Part shown: positions 47,561-62,287 of the stretch, piece after piece | Layout of the letters: each line of letters opens with the position of its first letter | Numbering within the stretch: the stretch's first letter is position 1 | Assembly: GCA_964658305.1 (NCBI GenBank) | Contig: OZ210885.1 | Coordinates: forward strand, 21,762,001 to 21,826,000 | Direction: 5' to 3' | Length of the DNA: 64,000 bases | Source: Leptogorgia sarmentosa | Taxonomy: Eukaryota | Notes under the pieces: model-generated | Told to the model about the DNA's origin: nothing | Database searches by the model: none | Seen by the model: only the letters and a program-made list of their open reading frames with translations | Made by a program: the position numbers and the translations under genes

Positions 47561-49009
47561 CTGAATAATAGGTATAGAATTGGCAAGATTTGAGCCAACA
47601 GTAGAAAAATAATTATTGAAAGCATTAGCGATAAGTTGAGAATTGGATAATTGTAAGTTACCAACTTTGAGCATTGTAGGAAAGGAATTCTTAGTTGGTT
47701 TAAGGGTTATTAATTGCTTGATACCTTTCCAAGTTTCCTTTATATTACTTTTATTATTAGTAAAATAGTCATTATAATACGATTTCTTACTGATGAGTAG
47801 TAAGTGTTTGATTTTGTTCCTATAAATTTTAAAGTTGGTCCAATAATAGGCATTTTTTGATCTTAAATATTGTTTGTATAGATTATTCTTTTTTCGTATA
47901 GAGAGCCTAATGCCCTTTGTTATCCATGGTTTAGCTAGTAAACGCACCTGTCTCTTCGAAAGCTTCCTTAAGGGAACATGAATCTCGATAATCTCAGATA
48001 TTTTAGCATGAAAAGAATCAAAAATTAAATTTACATCATCAGTAACAGGCAAGACGTCCTCCCAGTCAATTAATTGGACATCGTGCAGAAGATTTTCCTC
48101 ATTAAAGTTTGAATAATCCCGATGGTAAATAGTTGGCGTGAAAGTCGAACAAGAAAACTTGTTAACAATAAGAAAATTTGGTAGATGATCTGAGATGTCA
48201 TACAACAAATTCCCACTAACACAGCAGTGCTCAATAGAGTTGAAATAGATGTTATCAATCAAGGTAGCTGAATGTTCAGTTATTCTAGTTGGCTGAATTA
48301 TGTGTGGTTGAAAGCAAAACACTCCCAAGCTATTGATAAATTCATCAGTTGGAATGTGTGATTCATAGTTCAGCAAATTAATATTAAAATCTCCCATTAA
48401 AATACAGTATTTGTATATTTCTTTAGAAATTTTATCAATAGCTTTTGATAAGAAATTGGTGAAACTTTCTAAGTTGCTATTAGGATGTCTATAAATTACC
48501 GAGCATACTATGTTTCTTTGATGTTTACTATGGATCTCAATCCATAGACATTCAAAATCAGTAGTAGATGTACTGAGGTTATCTCTAGTATGAAAATCAC
48601 AATCATTTCTAATATAAAAGCCCACACCACCAGCATTGTGGTAGCTTGGCTGGGAAATAAAATTATATCCTGGGATATCTATATTTACCACTGGATCCCT
48701 TTCAATCATTATTTTAGTTTCAGCAATGCCAAGAAGATGAAAATTGTGAGTAAGGTCTGATATTAAATTTATCAGCTTGTCATGATTGGCAGCTAAGCTT
48801 CTTACATTAGCATGTAGAACAGAAAATGAACTATTTTCAGATAACAACTGAGTTACATCATTACTAAAATGAAAACTGGGTATCATATAATAATTAAAGT
48901 TGACTTGATGTAATAGATTATTGTCCACATCTAGCCCAGATAAATTGGGCATATTATTAAGGCTAGAAATTAAATCTAACCTTGGCAACGAATCAAAATT
49001 GTCAATCAT
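47561..49009 (-). pseudogene. LINE B ORF2 N-terminal part (APE endonuclease)
   Basis: HANVRSL, IAETK, GGVGFY, IYRHP, GDFNIN, TLIDNI, ISDHLP. Confidence 0.9.
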
Positions 49010-49077
49010 TATATATTATTAGTCCTAGTTAATAGGAGAATAAGTTTGAGCTCATCATAGAACTGTAACCGATTTAG

Positions 49078-49890
49078 CTATATACTTATCGTGATAATGC
49101 CTCCAAATCCTGTTTTGATAAGATAATATGTGATGGCAGATCTTTGTTTTTCTTGAGGTAAATGCGTCCAGATTGTGTCCAAATATACTTGAAACTGTAG
49201 ACATTCCTTGAATAGCTCTTTATTTTTTGAAGTTAAACTCTCGGAGATGAAAATATTATTTACTAATGTAAGAGAAAAACCAAGGTCCTTGGTTGTTTTA
49301 TCTTTCAAATTTCTACGACCTTGGTAGAACTGATCTTTAACTGACCACCTTGCAAATTTAACAATGATTTTGGGGAATCGATTAGCACGATTTCCAGAAG
49401 TAGTTCCTTCCCTTGATCTTAACCTCGAGCTATAACTTTCATTTTGGACTTTCTGTGGCAGTCGATGGCTAATTGAAATATCTGATTCATGAATTCGAAT
49501 TCCCATCAGGGACCCAATTTTGACCGTTAGGGCATCTGTATTCTCATCAGGCTCTTCTGGTATACCAGAAATTTCAACACAGTCACGCTGAGAGTATTGT
49601 TGCATATTATTTATATTATTTATTTCTTCATCTTGTGCTTTTGTAATATTAGAAAGTCTTAAGACCTTGGACTTTAAACATTTGTTCTCCTTTACACTTG
49701 ATTCATATTTTGCCTCGATAACATCAACTTTCTTGCCTATTGAATCGAATTTATCGCCTAGGAACTTTACGCTTTCACTTAAGCTATCCATCATTGACAT
49801 CATTCGGTCAAATGGCTTTAGCTTTTCTTCTAATTTCTTTTCCAAAATCGCCTCAAATGTGGCTTTAGTAATTGGAGTATCTTTGCTCAT
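49078..49890 (-). pseudogene. LINE B ORF1 (coiled coil + RRM-like)
   Basis: QYSQRDCVEISGIPE, DISISHRLP, IIVKF, IFISESLT. Confidence 0.8.
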
Positions 49891-50147
49891 CTTTTACAAC
49901 ACAAATACAGATTATAACAACAAAAATAGTTGAAAAAAAATACGAAAATAGTATGAGAATTAGTGGAGCTATAAAATTTACCGCCATCTTGTCCGGTGCT
50001 TCCACTTTTTCAAGCAAGCTCTTGAACATTTCCTGAACCAGATGAACCAGACATGTTTTAACCGTAGTTTTGGCACACATGGAGTAAAGTGGCATAGTGA
50101 ATCCGCTTCCGGTTTAAGCTCCTACTTCCATTTCCTCATCTTTTATA

Positions 50148-50964
50148 CCAGGTGGCGCAGAAAAAGTTTACGTGTTTGACTTAGCAAAGTGAAGAAAGCA
50201 TAAGCACTACATCGTTCAAATAAGCCCCAAAATAATGTATTCATAAAAGCCTAACTTAAATTTTGAGCTACAACATGTTTATTTACGTACAAAAATGACT
50301 GAATTATGACCAAATCAAATTTGGAACGAGTTTTGGTAAATGTAAAAATAGTGCTAAAATGGTCTATTGACAGGACATTAAACTGTTTTCATAAATTTTA
50401 GAATTCTCTCAATTACATAGTCGCGCTTGTATGAATTCAGTTTGATTAAAAACGTTGTTAAATATTTATTTGTTTTATTATAATTGAGAAAGCAACAAAA
50501 TTTCGAAAAAGGTAAATTTTGTTCCTTGAGAAATTGTCCTTTGGGAAATTGAATTTAACTTGCGCTTGTGACGAAGAATTTCGAACGAATTTAAGCTTTC
50601 TGCTTGTAAACATCCTCGTTTAACCATTCAACAACGAGTTTGGGTTTGCTTACAATATGCTACTGTAAATAATGCTGAAGAGGTTATATGCGGTTGGCCA
50701 ATTTATTGGGGTAACGTTCACATTCACTGTCCGAGTAAACCTATGGTGATAAAAACTTTTAGCTCATTTTGGGACATTTTAAAAATGCAGTTGCAAATTG
50801 AAATGCTAATATCTTGACTAATACTTTACGAAAATACATGTATTATACATGAAAATTTAAGTTAGGCTTTTACGAATTCAGCTACATTAATTTGAACGAT
50901 GTAGAGCTTATGCTTTCTTCACTTTACTAAATCAAATGCGTAAACCTTTTTCTGCGCCACCTGG
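50148..50964. mobile_element. Tc1/mariner-type MITE with ~110-bp imperfect TIRs, TA flanks
   Basis: ta|CCAGGTGGCGCAGAAAAAG ... CTTTTTCTGCGCCACCTGG|ta; no ORF. Confidence 0.8.
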
Positions 50965-51900
50965 TATATATATTTTTTTATATTTCAGTCTTATTTTTAT
51001 ATTAAACATTGTTTTTCTTCGCATAACTGATTTATTTAGCATAACATTTATAACATTTTGTCCGTAAAAAATCTTCATAATTAACCGATGTTTGGACAAT
51101 ATAATCCAATCATAATGTATTAGAAGTATGTCTGATTATTTCAACATACTCGACTAAAATTTAACAATGCATTGTCCTTACAAAACAAGAAGCTCTGGCA
51201 AGCTTTCAGTCGCTGGAGGGTTAAGGTTCAGGTAATACTAGGCAATTCTAGGCCATTCTACAATGTACTTCTACTCGTCTAGGCCTGTAAGTCGAAGGAC
51301 TTGCTGTTTCGAAGTCTATTGATGTCAAATTTCTTCGTAAAATTGTACAAATTTCCCCAAAAATTAAAAATAGGTACACAAGGTGTACATGTATCTGCGC
51401 CCATGCTACCAGAGTGGTGATGCAAACTTGCGGCAACTATGCCGCTAGCAGATAGCGTGACTGTTTTTTGAAAATATTGTTTCCTAAAACATGAGGTTGT
51501 GCGTTGAATATTTGATATAAGCTTTGATAAATATATCGCATTCCAAATATCAATTTGCAATGGAATTCAACTGGGCGACATACGATATGGAATATTGTAA
51601 AGACCTCCTTCAACTTTATTGATGTTGTCGCATCTTGCGATTGCTTTGCAAAATATGTGTCTTTAGTGACCAAGTTTACCCTTTGTATAAAACCACTTAC
51701 ATACAACATATTCTGTCCATGTCGTTTTAAATTGCAATTGCGCATTTACTAAGATGCAGACTGTGAAGATTGCCTAAAAATACGAAATATGTTGACATAC
51801 GAAAGTATTTGAAGACTACACTTTACATTCTATCGGGGCAATGCAACATACCATGCTGCTATTTTGAATATTTTTCGAACTGTAATGGCACATTTACTGC

Positions 51901-52053
51901 GATTTATATTGCACAATACAACCGCAATACTGGGAGAGAGGGTAAATTTACAGAATCGCAACTTCTAATTAGACGAAATAGCATGCTGAGATTTATATTG
52001 CGCAGTACAACCGCAATACTACGAGATCAAGTTTACAGGATCCCAACTTCTAC
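51901..52053 (+). repeat. Two diverged ~88-bp direct repeats
   Basis: GATTTATATTGCRCARTACAACCGCAATACT...CAACTTCTA at 51901 and 51989. Confidence 0.7.
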
Positions 52054-52599
52054 TGCGATGAAATAACACGCTGCCTTATAAACACTTGTATATACATGTG
52101 CAATTGTATATTTACTAGGACTTAGACAGACAAAATTGTTTGTCTAAACGTTCGAAATTCAACAGTACACTTCGCATTTTATAAGCAAAAACATTGCAAC
52201 ATTGCCTCCGCTCCTCCACAGCCGCCATCTTGTCGTTACGTCAACGCAAAAAAATTTATTAACAAGCGCGAGAGCAATATACCTGCGCTTGCTCAGATAC
52301 CAAAACATGGGGCTATTGATGAATAATCAGGGTAACAATTTGCAGGAATGTTATGGAATTTGCAGGAATGTTATGGATATAATGGGGTAAAAATTGACAG
52401 CTCATTAATATGCAATCCACCACGAGCCAAAACCTAGAGCCGCTTGGGCACAGGTGCCCCAGCGACTAATAAAGTATCCACTACCCAGTACCATTAGTTG
52501 TCCTGCATGTCAGGACGAAAGCAGACTTATATTCATTTATGCAAGGTTTGTGAAGATCTAAGATGTGATTGGTTATGTCAGTGAATATATGCTAATACT

Positions 52600-53656
52600 A
52601 CCTAAAGTCCTAAACATTCTAAACGTGACTTAAACCAACTTGTATATGCCGATTATTTAATAGTTTTGATATGGAAGAGGATCCAATGATTGTTAACGTC
52701 TGCAAATTCTGTCTCCCCCAATATACTAAATTTATATACTATAAAATGTACAAGCCAGCTTGCAATTGAAGTTCCTCTCCATCTCCAATTCTGGGCATCA
52801 TTTGCAGCTGAGAACTATCGTTATTGTGGCCGAGGAATCCATACTGAATAAACACGATTCTGCCATTATTGCCCATAACAATTTGTCTGGAAAAATTATG
52901 ATATCTGCAGTGTCTCCTATAGACCTGCTGCTGTGGTTCCGTTTGAGGTCGTTGTATCTTGTGTCTGGTCCCATCAATTGCTGCTACTCTGCCAGGGAAG
53001 TATTGCCAATTATTAGCCATGTCCATCCATTGCTCAGGGGTAGGGCATTGAACTAAGTTTCTAACGTAAGTCCACAGCATTGGTAGAACAAAACGGATTT
53101 CTCTCTCTCTCGTGGTTGGACTCACCATGAACAATGCACTTAACACTTCAATTTCAGAATACATTCGTAGCCAGATGATTACCAAAATTATGCGGTTGAT
53201 CTCATTCAATTTGAATGTACTATTCTGGACTCTGGGTTGCTTTTGCCTGGTGTACAAGGACATTACAGGGCCAACATCCTGGACTATTTGACTAAAGGAT
53301 TCCACGCTTTCACCTGTCGGACTCCAGAACAGATGTTCGCATCCTTCCAAATTGCTTAATACATCTTTTGCCGGAAATTCAAAACACATAAACTCGAGAA
53401 ATAATATATTTTGAATATGTGGCCTTGGGAGTGAGCTGTGGGTGCATGTTACGACAAAGGCAATGATTTGATAGAATGCTTGCAAAAGGTTTCCCCAATT
53501 AGAAACAAGCATGTTTAACTGCTTCGAATCATCCATGTAATGTATTGATTCGTCAAACACAGCATTAATGGTGGGTATGTAGATTGTAAACAAAATTTGG
53601 AAGATATTGTTTAAATTAACAAATACAATAATCAAATTAACAATTTCGTTCTCCAT
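52600..53656 (-). pseudogene. PIF/Harbinger-ISL2EU-type DDE transposase (HTH_Tnp_4 + DDE_Tnp_4-like), C-terminus degenerate
   Basis: IIWLRMY..LSALFMVSPTT; AAIDGTRHKIQRP; GFLGHNNDS; frame lost at GLYIL where the second Asp is expected. Confidence 0.75.
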
Positions 53657-54625
53657 GATCGCTACAAGACGTTCTCAGCTATAAGTCAATCTAAATATTT
53701 GATGGTCTTGTCATTGTGTTTTTTTATGTATTAATCAATTCGATCTGCCAACTAACACAATAATTTATGGCTAATTTGAATATGAGAACTCCTGTTTTGA
53801 AAACTTTTCTTTGCTGAAATAAAGTATTTCCTTCACTCTGGAAAATATCTGAAATGCAACTATGACGATGTCTACAATCTTTTCGAATAACTATATGGTA
53901 CAATCAATTGATTGAAAGTTGAGCTTAAAGAAATACCCAACATGCAGACATATGAACGTACCATATGCATGGTTTAGCCCTAGTTTATATGTTGCTGTTA
54001 TGTCAAACTTGCGTCGCCTGAAATGCAATTAAAACAAGGATAATAAGAGTAAGACACCTCAATTACCATTCATTGACGCGAAAAAGTTCGTCATAACGGC
54101 GATGTATAAAGTATAGGCCTTATCCAGAACTCTCATTCCGTTTTGCCGTTGTCAAGACGCAAGTTTTTCAAAACAGAGATGTATAAACAATAGGCTTTAT
54201 CCACAATTCGTCCCGTTTTGTCACAACCAACAGCAACAAGGATTTGATCAAAACATGCAAATTCAGTAGCGGCAACCAATGAGAATTGGCAATTTCCCTT
54301 ATGCTTACGTCTCGATAATGATATTAATTAGGTTATAACTCCGCTTTCGTCCTTAGATGCAGGTCAACTATTAAACCGCTGGCTCAGGGTCTCCTTGCAT
54401 CTTTTTTGTTTACTCCAAGGATGACAGAGCAAGAGATTACCATTTCGTCTGAAAAAGAAGACAATTCTTAGTTAGTGTTAGAACATATAGAGCTAACCTA
54501 CCATGACGTCAATTTTATTATTAACAGAGTTTTCTCTATAAAATGTTTACTTGACGACAGTTTTCAGCGAGCTCGAAACATTAACCGTGAAGCGGAACAG
54601 ACGTATCTTTGCAAGCTCCGCAAAT

Positions 54626-55080
54626 ATGCCGCCTAAGGCTAAGGCAGAACCTTTGACTATTGCTTCCCTTAAACAAATATGGGAAAGCGAATTGTTACCC
54701 AGCATTAAGAAAGAGTTCAAAATTGAGTTCGACAATATCAAAGATGAAATAAAAGTGCTCAATGATAAGTGTGCCGAGATCGAACGATCACAAGGCCATA
54801 TATCGAACGATTTTGATAATTTTAAAGAGTCTCTTCAAACCACCAAGAAACACGTCGCAGAAGCTTCTCAGAAAATAAAGAAGTTAGAAGAACGAATACA
54901 AACTGTAGAAGACAATATCTACGACCAGCAAGTACTGATCAACAACGTTCAACAGTACCAATGACGTGATTGCATTGAGATCACTGGAGTGCCGGTTTCG
55001 CCGGCAGATAAACCAAAGAGAATTGTTGTTGAGATCGGAGAAATGATGGGAATTGATGTAACCGAGCACCACATCTCTAC
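54626..55080 (+). pseudogene. LINE C ORF1 5' part (coiled coil, RRM-like start)
   Basis: QQYQ*RDCIEITGVP; continues AHRLP..IIAKF..IYINESLT after 59009. Confidence 0.8.
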
Positions 55081-58000
55081 TAGTCAAGTCTCTTATGTCA
55101 AAATATAGGTCGGATCGTTACATAAATGACAAAAGCGCCAAATTTGGCAGAGACGTTCTTTAGGACTTCCTGTTTCATATTAGTGGGGGAGCCCAACAAA
55201 ATCGTCAATATATAAAGATTAAGGGGACTTTTAAAAATTATTTTAATTACAAATTGGGCTATCTGTGGTTGTTTGCAGTTTTCTAGTAAAACCGCTGTAG
55301 TGACATTTATAGACTGAAACTACTAATTCTTCTCACTCCTTTCTTCACATATTTCATCATAAGCCATTATTTATATCTTGCATAAAGCATATAAATATAT
55401 ACTAGTTACCAGACCCTTCTCGGTATAGTTGATTCATATTACACGATCCCTGTGTTTTGAACCAAAATTACTGCTGTTTCATCCATGATAAGTCCATATT
55501 AATTCATAAATGTACTTTCTAGTAACGTTATACAACCCCAGAAACGTCAATAGATAGCTATATTATTATAATTCATAGGGCAACATAACGCCAACAATGC
55601 GGATTATTTAAACAATTATAATTTAATCTTGATTAAGTTAGGATAGGATAAGGGTTAGGATAAGCATTGGCATCTGCAAAGAGGAGTACATTCCAAGGAC
55701 GCCTTGGCACATTTGCATCTTGTACACGCGCCTTTACAGGAACACTTTATCAGCTCACTACAAGCCCTGGATACTTCAGGTATGGTTATCCATTTGGGAG
55801 ACCATTTGCCGTCAACTTCAAACCATGAGAACTGCCCCGGTGACGGCACATGTGGCTGTGGCTGATCGCTTACTGCTCAGATCCCGGCTTGGAAAATGGT
55901 GCGGCGAACATGCTGCAAAAGGGCATCCTGCAAATAACAAAAGTGTCGATGTTGTTAAGGAAATTAGAAAGAGATTATAGTTTTTATAGAGAGAAGGTAC
56001 AGCGGGTTAGTTCAAAATTGGCATTGTCCCAGGCACCTGGGTCCCTTCCCCTCACACACGCCCCTGCTTGGTGAAACGTAGAAAGAAGTAACACTTACCT
56101 GTGTAGGTGGTAGCTTGTCAATTGCTCTACCACTCTTACAAAATCCGGGTCAGATTGATGTCAGATGAGGGGCTGAGTTTATCGTACAGGATTACCGTGT
56201 ATCTCTCGATCTGTTTGAAGAGCGGCGCGTCTGCAGTAAGCTGCATAAAATGGCGTCTTGGAAAGCATTTCAAATGTGGGCGTGACCTCGGGAAAGATCT
56301 CCCATGCCTGCCAGGCTGACTTCTTTCCTTTCCCGAAGAAGCAGGAGGTGGTATCACATCCAGTTAGTGCGTGGAATACAGGCAGGGAAGTGGATCGTGG
56401 TTCACCAAGAACATCACAAATAGAGTTGACGCTGATGAAGCGGAAGTTTCGACCCATACCAAAGGCAAGCCACAGATCAAGTTCCGGCTGGATTACTTTC
56501 AGGTTATGAAACTGTCCCACCAAAATAACTAGGACATCAGTGTCCACGGTTCGGACGAGGATAGTTTTCGCCTCTTCAGCTTGGATGGCATGAATTATAT
56601 GGACCACAACTCTCGTATCCGCCTCCTCGTGAGTGCAATCTATCATGGAGGTCGCAGTGCCAATTGAAATCACAGATGTACCTGGAAAAGAATTATTTTG
56701 GTAGTTATCATTTTCATGTGGGATTTCAACATGGGATATACACCGTACACATTATTATTACATTTTTACCTGATGTAACGTGGACTGTCTTCCACTCCGG
56801 CCAGTTATGTCCAGCAACCTTTAACGATAGGAAGTGAAACAACTCTTCTTTGTTTAACGGATCACGCAGGAATGACATCCAGTTGGATGGCAGTTTAGTA
56901 GCCCCACCAACTTTTCGGCGAACGCCTTTGCCTCTTTTCTCCCTGGTGGATTCCTTGAGACTATTAGGTATATATGTGTCCCAGACAACGTCTACTCTTC
57001 CGCTTGTCTGGCTGCTGAGGTGGGGAATGAAGGGTTTTGTGCGTAATCGTCAAAGGTGATGGAACCAGTTACGGGAAGGCAGTGGACCACGACAGCTCCG
57101 TCTAGAACGTTGCAGTCAAATTGCGTGGGAGGCTCTGGCATAGTCGATGGAACAATGCACTTGAGGAGTTCCGATTTAGCGCTTGGTAGGCGAAGTTTGC
57201 CGAATTCTGACAAAGAAGGAGGAAATGGTTGTACTTCATGTCTGAAGAACTCCTCGAGGTCAGCATTACGGCTCTGCATGGCGACGTACAGCTGTGCAAA
57301 TAGTGCAACATTATTTTGAAGTGTAGCTATTCTCTTTGTCTGCTTAGATTTCTCTTGCAGGGGTTGCTTCTTGTAAAGGGGGATCTTGTTCTTCTTGATG
57401 GTGTTGTGAATGGAGGTCGTTCGGTCCTCTATTAGTGCTTTTACGTATTCCCTATACTGGGTCTGACCAAACATGTCGAGGTTCATTACAGCCTTAGCTA
57501 CGTCATCATCGACACAATCACGGTTATCCAGTGTAACCAACTCAGGAAAGTCGTCCAGGAAAGGGTTTCCCATCTTTTTCATGACATCTACTAAATTATT
57601 CACCTGCTGCTTGAATGTTTTTTGCGCACTGAGGCCCATTTCGTGGTTGAGACGTGCACCATGCTCGTCACTATCTTCTAGATATTGACCTTCGAACTGG
57701 TGCAGAAGTCTTGTTATTTCGGGGCCCGAAAGCATCAAGCGTCTGAAAATAAAAAATATAAACGAAATTCCTCAACCGAAACTAAGTAACTGCTTTTATC
57801 CTTATTATTATTGTTTTTGCGACTAACGCACTCGCATATAAGTTTTTTCCCCAGTATGGTCAAATAAAGACAAATAGACTTCTCTCGTTTGAGTTCATTG
57901 GATTGATTTACTATGTTATCGTTTCAAGATCTTAAACGTTTTAAAACCACGTTTTTCGAAATGAAAGTTTGCGATGCATCGGATTCAGCTGGAACATGCG

Positions 58001-59006
58001 TTTTTTAAAATTATCTATATATGAGTTTACCTAAAGGCAACAGGATTCTCCGTAAGGCCAACAACTCCTCCTGTACTCTTCACGACCCTGTTCTCCTGTT
58101 CGTGTGCCTGGTCAAAGGGCATCGCGGAGAAGCGATTGCCCGTCTTGGACAATACCCATCGTCCTTCCACCTGGAATAGCTTGGAGATTGATTCGGGCAA
58201 GGACTTCATGTCTTGAAGATGGATGGGTGCCCACCTGGCATAGTTCACGTGATCCAGTGCAAAAAATGATGGTATCAGCTCTTCAAGCGCTTCCACGTAC
58301 AAGGAGAGATTACGCTGGCGATGTGCACGCACAAAAAGTAGAATCAGGATCTCGAGAGAGACTGGAAACCAGTGTAACAAAAAGATGCCGAAAGTAGTTT
58401 TTTTTTGCTACGATTCGAGGTTGTAATCGACCAGTCATGACAGATATTGCATTCTAATGGATAGATAGCTTTTTCAAAGTATATCTAAAACGTTTTTACA
58501 TATTCAGTAAATAGATTTAAAAATAAGTACCACAGGGAGCCCAAGTCGTGAAATTAGTAAACGTTAATCCTCCCTAGTTTCCCGTAAAGGAATATTTACG
58601 CTGGGCTCCCCCTCTAACGTTAATAGTACTTGTCGTAAGTGCCCAGCGCAGCGCCACCAGCTTCCCGCTCAGCAGTTACTTCTGGTAGCATACTTCATAC
58701 AAACATGTATATAACAACTTAAAATACGTCACAGTGATTCATTGTAATTCAATAATATAATTGTAGGGGTAAAATTGTAACATGATCAGTTGTCGTCAGG
58801 TCGTAGTGAGATACACTTGTAAATAGAATCTTTTCCCAATGAATAAAAATCGATAGAATACAGTCCCTTGAGCGTTGAATTTGTGTTGAACCAGTGTGGC
58901 GGAGACCTTGAGAAGTTCCGCAAAAGTACTACCATAAGCTACATCTCTGCCAAGTTTTGTGCTTTTGTCAGCTGTGTAACGATCAAGACCCTAAGAGACC
59001 TGACTA
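55081..59006 (-). mobile_element. Academ DNA transposon #3, internally deleted (3.9 kb), 3-bp TSD TAC
   Basis: TAGTCAAGTCTCTTA ... TAAGAGACCTGACTA plus inverted subterminal GATCGTTACA..TGACAAAAGC..TTGGCAGAGA; TSD 55078-55080 and 59007-59009. Confidence 0.88.
55655..58350 (-). pseudogene. Academ protein C-terminal half, with introns
   Basis: FALDHVNYARW, DQAHEQEN, SGPEITRL, VLDG, HEEADTR, RTVDTDV, HALTGCDTTS..GKGKKS, CSCKGACTRCKC...CTPLCRC. Confidence 0.85.
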
Positions 59007-59399
59007 TACCGCTCATAGACTACCATCAACCAAGAAAATGCCGAATAGAATTATTGCAAAATTTGTACATCGGGATAAGAAAGACGAATTTTTCAAACAG
59101 CGAAGCCAGTGAACAGGAAAGAAATCAAAAGACATTCCTTGTATTGCTAATGAGTATGGAAAATCAATCCATGAGTCAAACAAAATCTACATTAATGAAT
59201 CGTTAACGCCATACCGTAGAAAACTATTTGGTAAGATTAATGAATTTAAGCGTACTAACAAGTGGAAATACATTTGGACTGTTATAATGGAGGCATCTCA
59301 AGAGACTAATTATCTAATTGCATTACCTATTAGATAATGCAAAGGGAATATAATTCCTTATTTAATATTTCGACAAAATGTTTAGATCACAATAGTGAC

Positions 59400-62287
59400 T
59401 TGTATAACTTATTACCTAATCCAGATAAAGCAGATGAAAATGACCCAGATCAAATCTTCACCCACATTCAGAATATTACTCTTTAGATAAGACTAATAGA
59501 GCTACTAAAAATGCTGGATCTAAAGCTTTCTCGATTTTTCACTGTAATATAAGAAGCCTGCCAAAAAATTTAACTTTGCTTAATGACATGATTTATACTT
59601 TGCCATCAAAACCTGATGTTTTGGCTGTTACTGAAACTAGGTTGAATGAAAACACTGTTAGTAATGTTGATATTTCTGGATATAACTTTTATCATGCTGA
59701 TTCATTGACTGCAGCTGGTGGGGCTGGTATCTACGTAAGTCAAAATCTAAAAACTATTAATAGACCTGATATTAAACTTTCAATCGAACTTGTGGAATTT
59801 TGCTGGATAGAAATTCAATCTGAACGCAGTGGGAGTAAGAATACAATTATAGGCTGTATTTACCGACACCCGAAAAGTAATGTAGACAAATTTGCAGAAC
59901 AGCTCGATGAGTTGCTGCAGCATCTTAATCAATGTAAATATCAGGTGATCTTACTAGGTGATTTTAATATTGACTTTTTTCAATTTACAACACATCAACC
60001 TACTGAAAGGTATCTAGATATGTTGTATGCTAATAATTTTTTCCCTCTAATTACTAAGCCTACTCGGATAACAGATCACTCAAAAACATTAATTGATCAT
60101 ATTTATACAAACATGCCTACTCATCAAATTTTGTCTGGTATTGCTTTTTTTTGATATTTCTGATCATCTGCCGATTCTGCCTTAGAAAATTCCTTAAAAA
60201 TTGAATTCCTTAAAAAAATCCTTAAAACTTTGCTAAATTCCTATTTCTGAGGAAAAATCCTTAGAAGTGAGAGCACTGAACATAAACCAAACGACAAATG
60301 ATATTATAAAAACTATAGAGGAAATATCGAATAAACACGTGCCAGTTAAAGAAGTACCACGTAGCAAATTAAAACAATTTACTAAACCGTGGATAACTAA
60401 TGGCATTCTAAAATCAATAAAGACCAAACAGAAAATGTATTATACGCATTTCTTTAGCAATGATAGTAATAAAATTAAACAATATAAAATATATTCCAAT
60501 AAATTAAATAAGATAAAATCAATAAATAAAAGAAATTATTATAATACACAATTTACCAAATGTAAAAATAATATGAAAGCTACATGGAAAATTATAGGAA
60601 CATTAATAAAATGCAAATCAAATGGCATACAGTATCCAACCCAAATTATCAGGAATAATTACTCTTATACGAAAAAAAAAGATATTGCAAATCAACTTAC
60701 TGTAGGACCAAAATTAGCCACCTCATTAGGAACTTCAAATGAAGATCCATGTAAATATATACATAATTCGCCAGTGTCTAGTTTTATTATGTCAAATGTA
60801 TCGAAATACCAGGTGCAGTGTCTCTTCAATGCACTAGATAAAAATACGGCCTCTATCAGTTTACGGAACACTTTAATTAGAATGGCATCTCCCATCCTGT
60901 CGCCTCTTTACCATGATATATAATGAATCTATTAACACAGGCATTGTCCCTGATATTTTAAAAATATCTAGAGTTACACCAATTTTTAAGAGTGAAAAGG
61001 CAACGAATCCAAATAACTATCAACCTATATCAACATTATCCCCATTTGCAAAAGTATTGGAACGATTAGTTTATGATCAATTAGAACTATTCCTAAGTAA
61101 AAAGAAAGTAATATATGAGTATCAATTTGGATTTAGGAAAGGCTATTCTACTGAACAGGCAATATTAGAAATCAGTGATAATATTAAAACATCAATTGAC
61201 AACAATGAAACAACATGTGGATTACAGTATTTTTGGATTTCTCTAAAGCCTTTGATACCGTAAATCACCAAATTTTATTATCTAAACTATATAAATCTGG
61301 CATACGCGGAATACAACTGGCTTGGTTTAGTGATTATCTCACTAATCGATTTCAATATGTCAAAATAGGTAACGTCGAGTCTGATCTACTGAAAATAACA
61401 TGTGGAATACCTCAGGGGTCAACTTTGGGTCTGTTGCTGTTCATACTCTATATAAATGACATACCAAATCGTTCAAAAAAACTTTCCTTTAGGATATTTG
61501 CTGACAATACCAATATTTTTTATTCTAGTCCATCTATCGATGAAATTGAGCGGGTAATGAATGAAGAATTCAATCACATTCTGCAGTATTGTATAATCAA
61601 CAAACTTTCAATTAATTATAAAAAGACTAACTATATGTTATTAAAATCTTCAAATAAAAAAACATGTCATAAATATTAGACATATTGAGGAGAAGTAATA
61701 ATTTTAAATGGACACAGCAAATTAAACATGTTAAATCAAAAATTGCTAAAAACACTGGAGTCCTTAATAAACTGAGGTACTACGTTGATTTAAGGATGCT
61801 TAACCAACTCTATTACACATTAATATACCCCTATCTTAATTACGGACTAATGAGCTGGGGAAATACCTACAGAACTAATTTAAATAAAATTCGATCTGCC
61901 CAAAGTACATGTGTAAAAAGCATATTTTTCGCCTCAAAAAGAGAGAATGCGACACCGTATTATAATCTATTGAAGATTCTTAAATTTGATATTTTTAAAT
62001 TAAAAATTAGTATATTTACATATAAGATTATACATGATAAGACTAATATTCCCACTGTATTTTCTCAAACAATCCAACTGGCTTCCACATGTCATTCCTA
62101 TAACACTAGATTTGCAGCTAAACAAAACTTTGGTAGACCAAAAGTCCGAACAAATTATGGTGTACATACTTTCAACTTTGTTTCATCTCAGATATGGCAA
62201 ACTATAGATCTCGAAACTAAATTGTCTAATTCAGTCGCTATGTTTCGCAAAAAATATACTCAATCTTTACTTCTTTCACAAATTTAG
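59400..62287 (+). pseudogene. LINE C ORF2 (APE endonuclease + RT), frameshifted
   Basis: HCNIRSL, VTETRL, IYRHP, GDFNID, TLIDHI, SDHLP; NYQPIS, QFGFR, DFSKAFDTVNH, GIPQGS, FADN. Confidence 0.9.

Larger units (their letters stand above)
42127..50050 (-). mobile_element. L2/Crack-like LINE B, near full length, split by a hAT element (outer limits approximate)
   Basis: ORF1 49890-49078, ORF2 49009-47561 + 44304-42715; 3' UTR abuts the RTEX poly(A). Confidence 0.85.

Noticed and set aside
51205..51245. AGGG-TTAA piggyBac-like end and GGTTCAGGTAA (similar to GCTCAGGTAA at 62551) as element termini
   Set aside because: No partner terminus or TSD found; matches too short.
51248..52390. Short ORFs in the unassigned region
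   Set aside because: Under 105 aa, overlapping on both strands, no motifs; the region contains local direct repeats.
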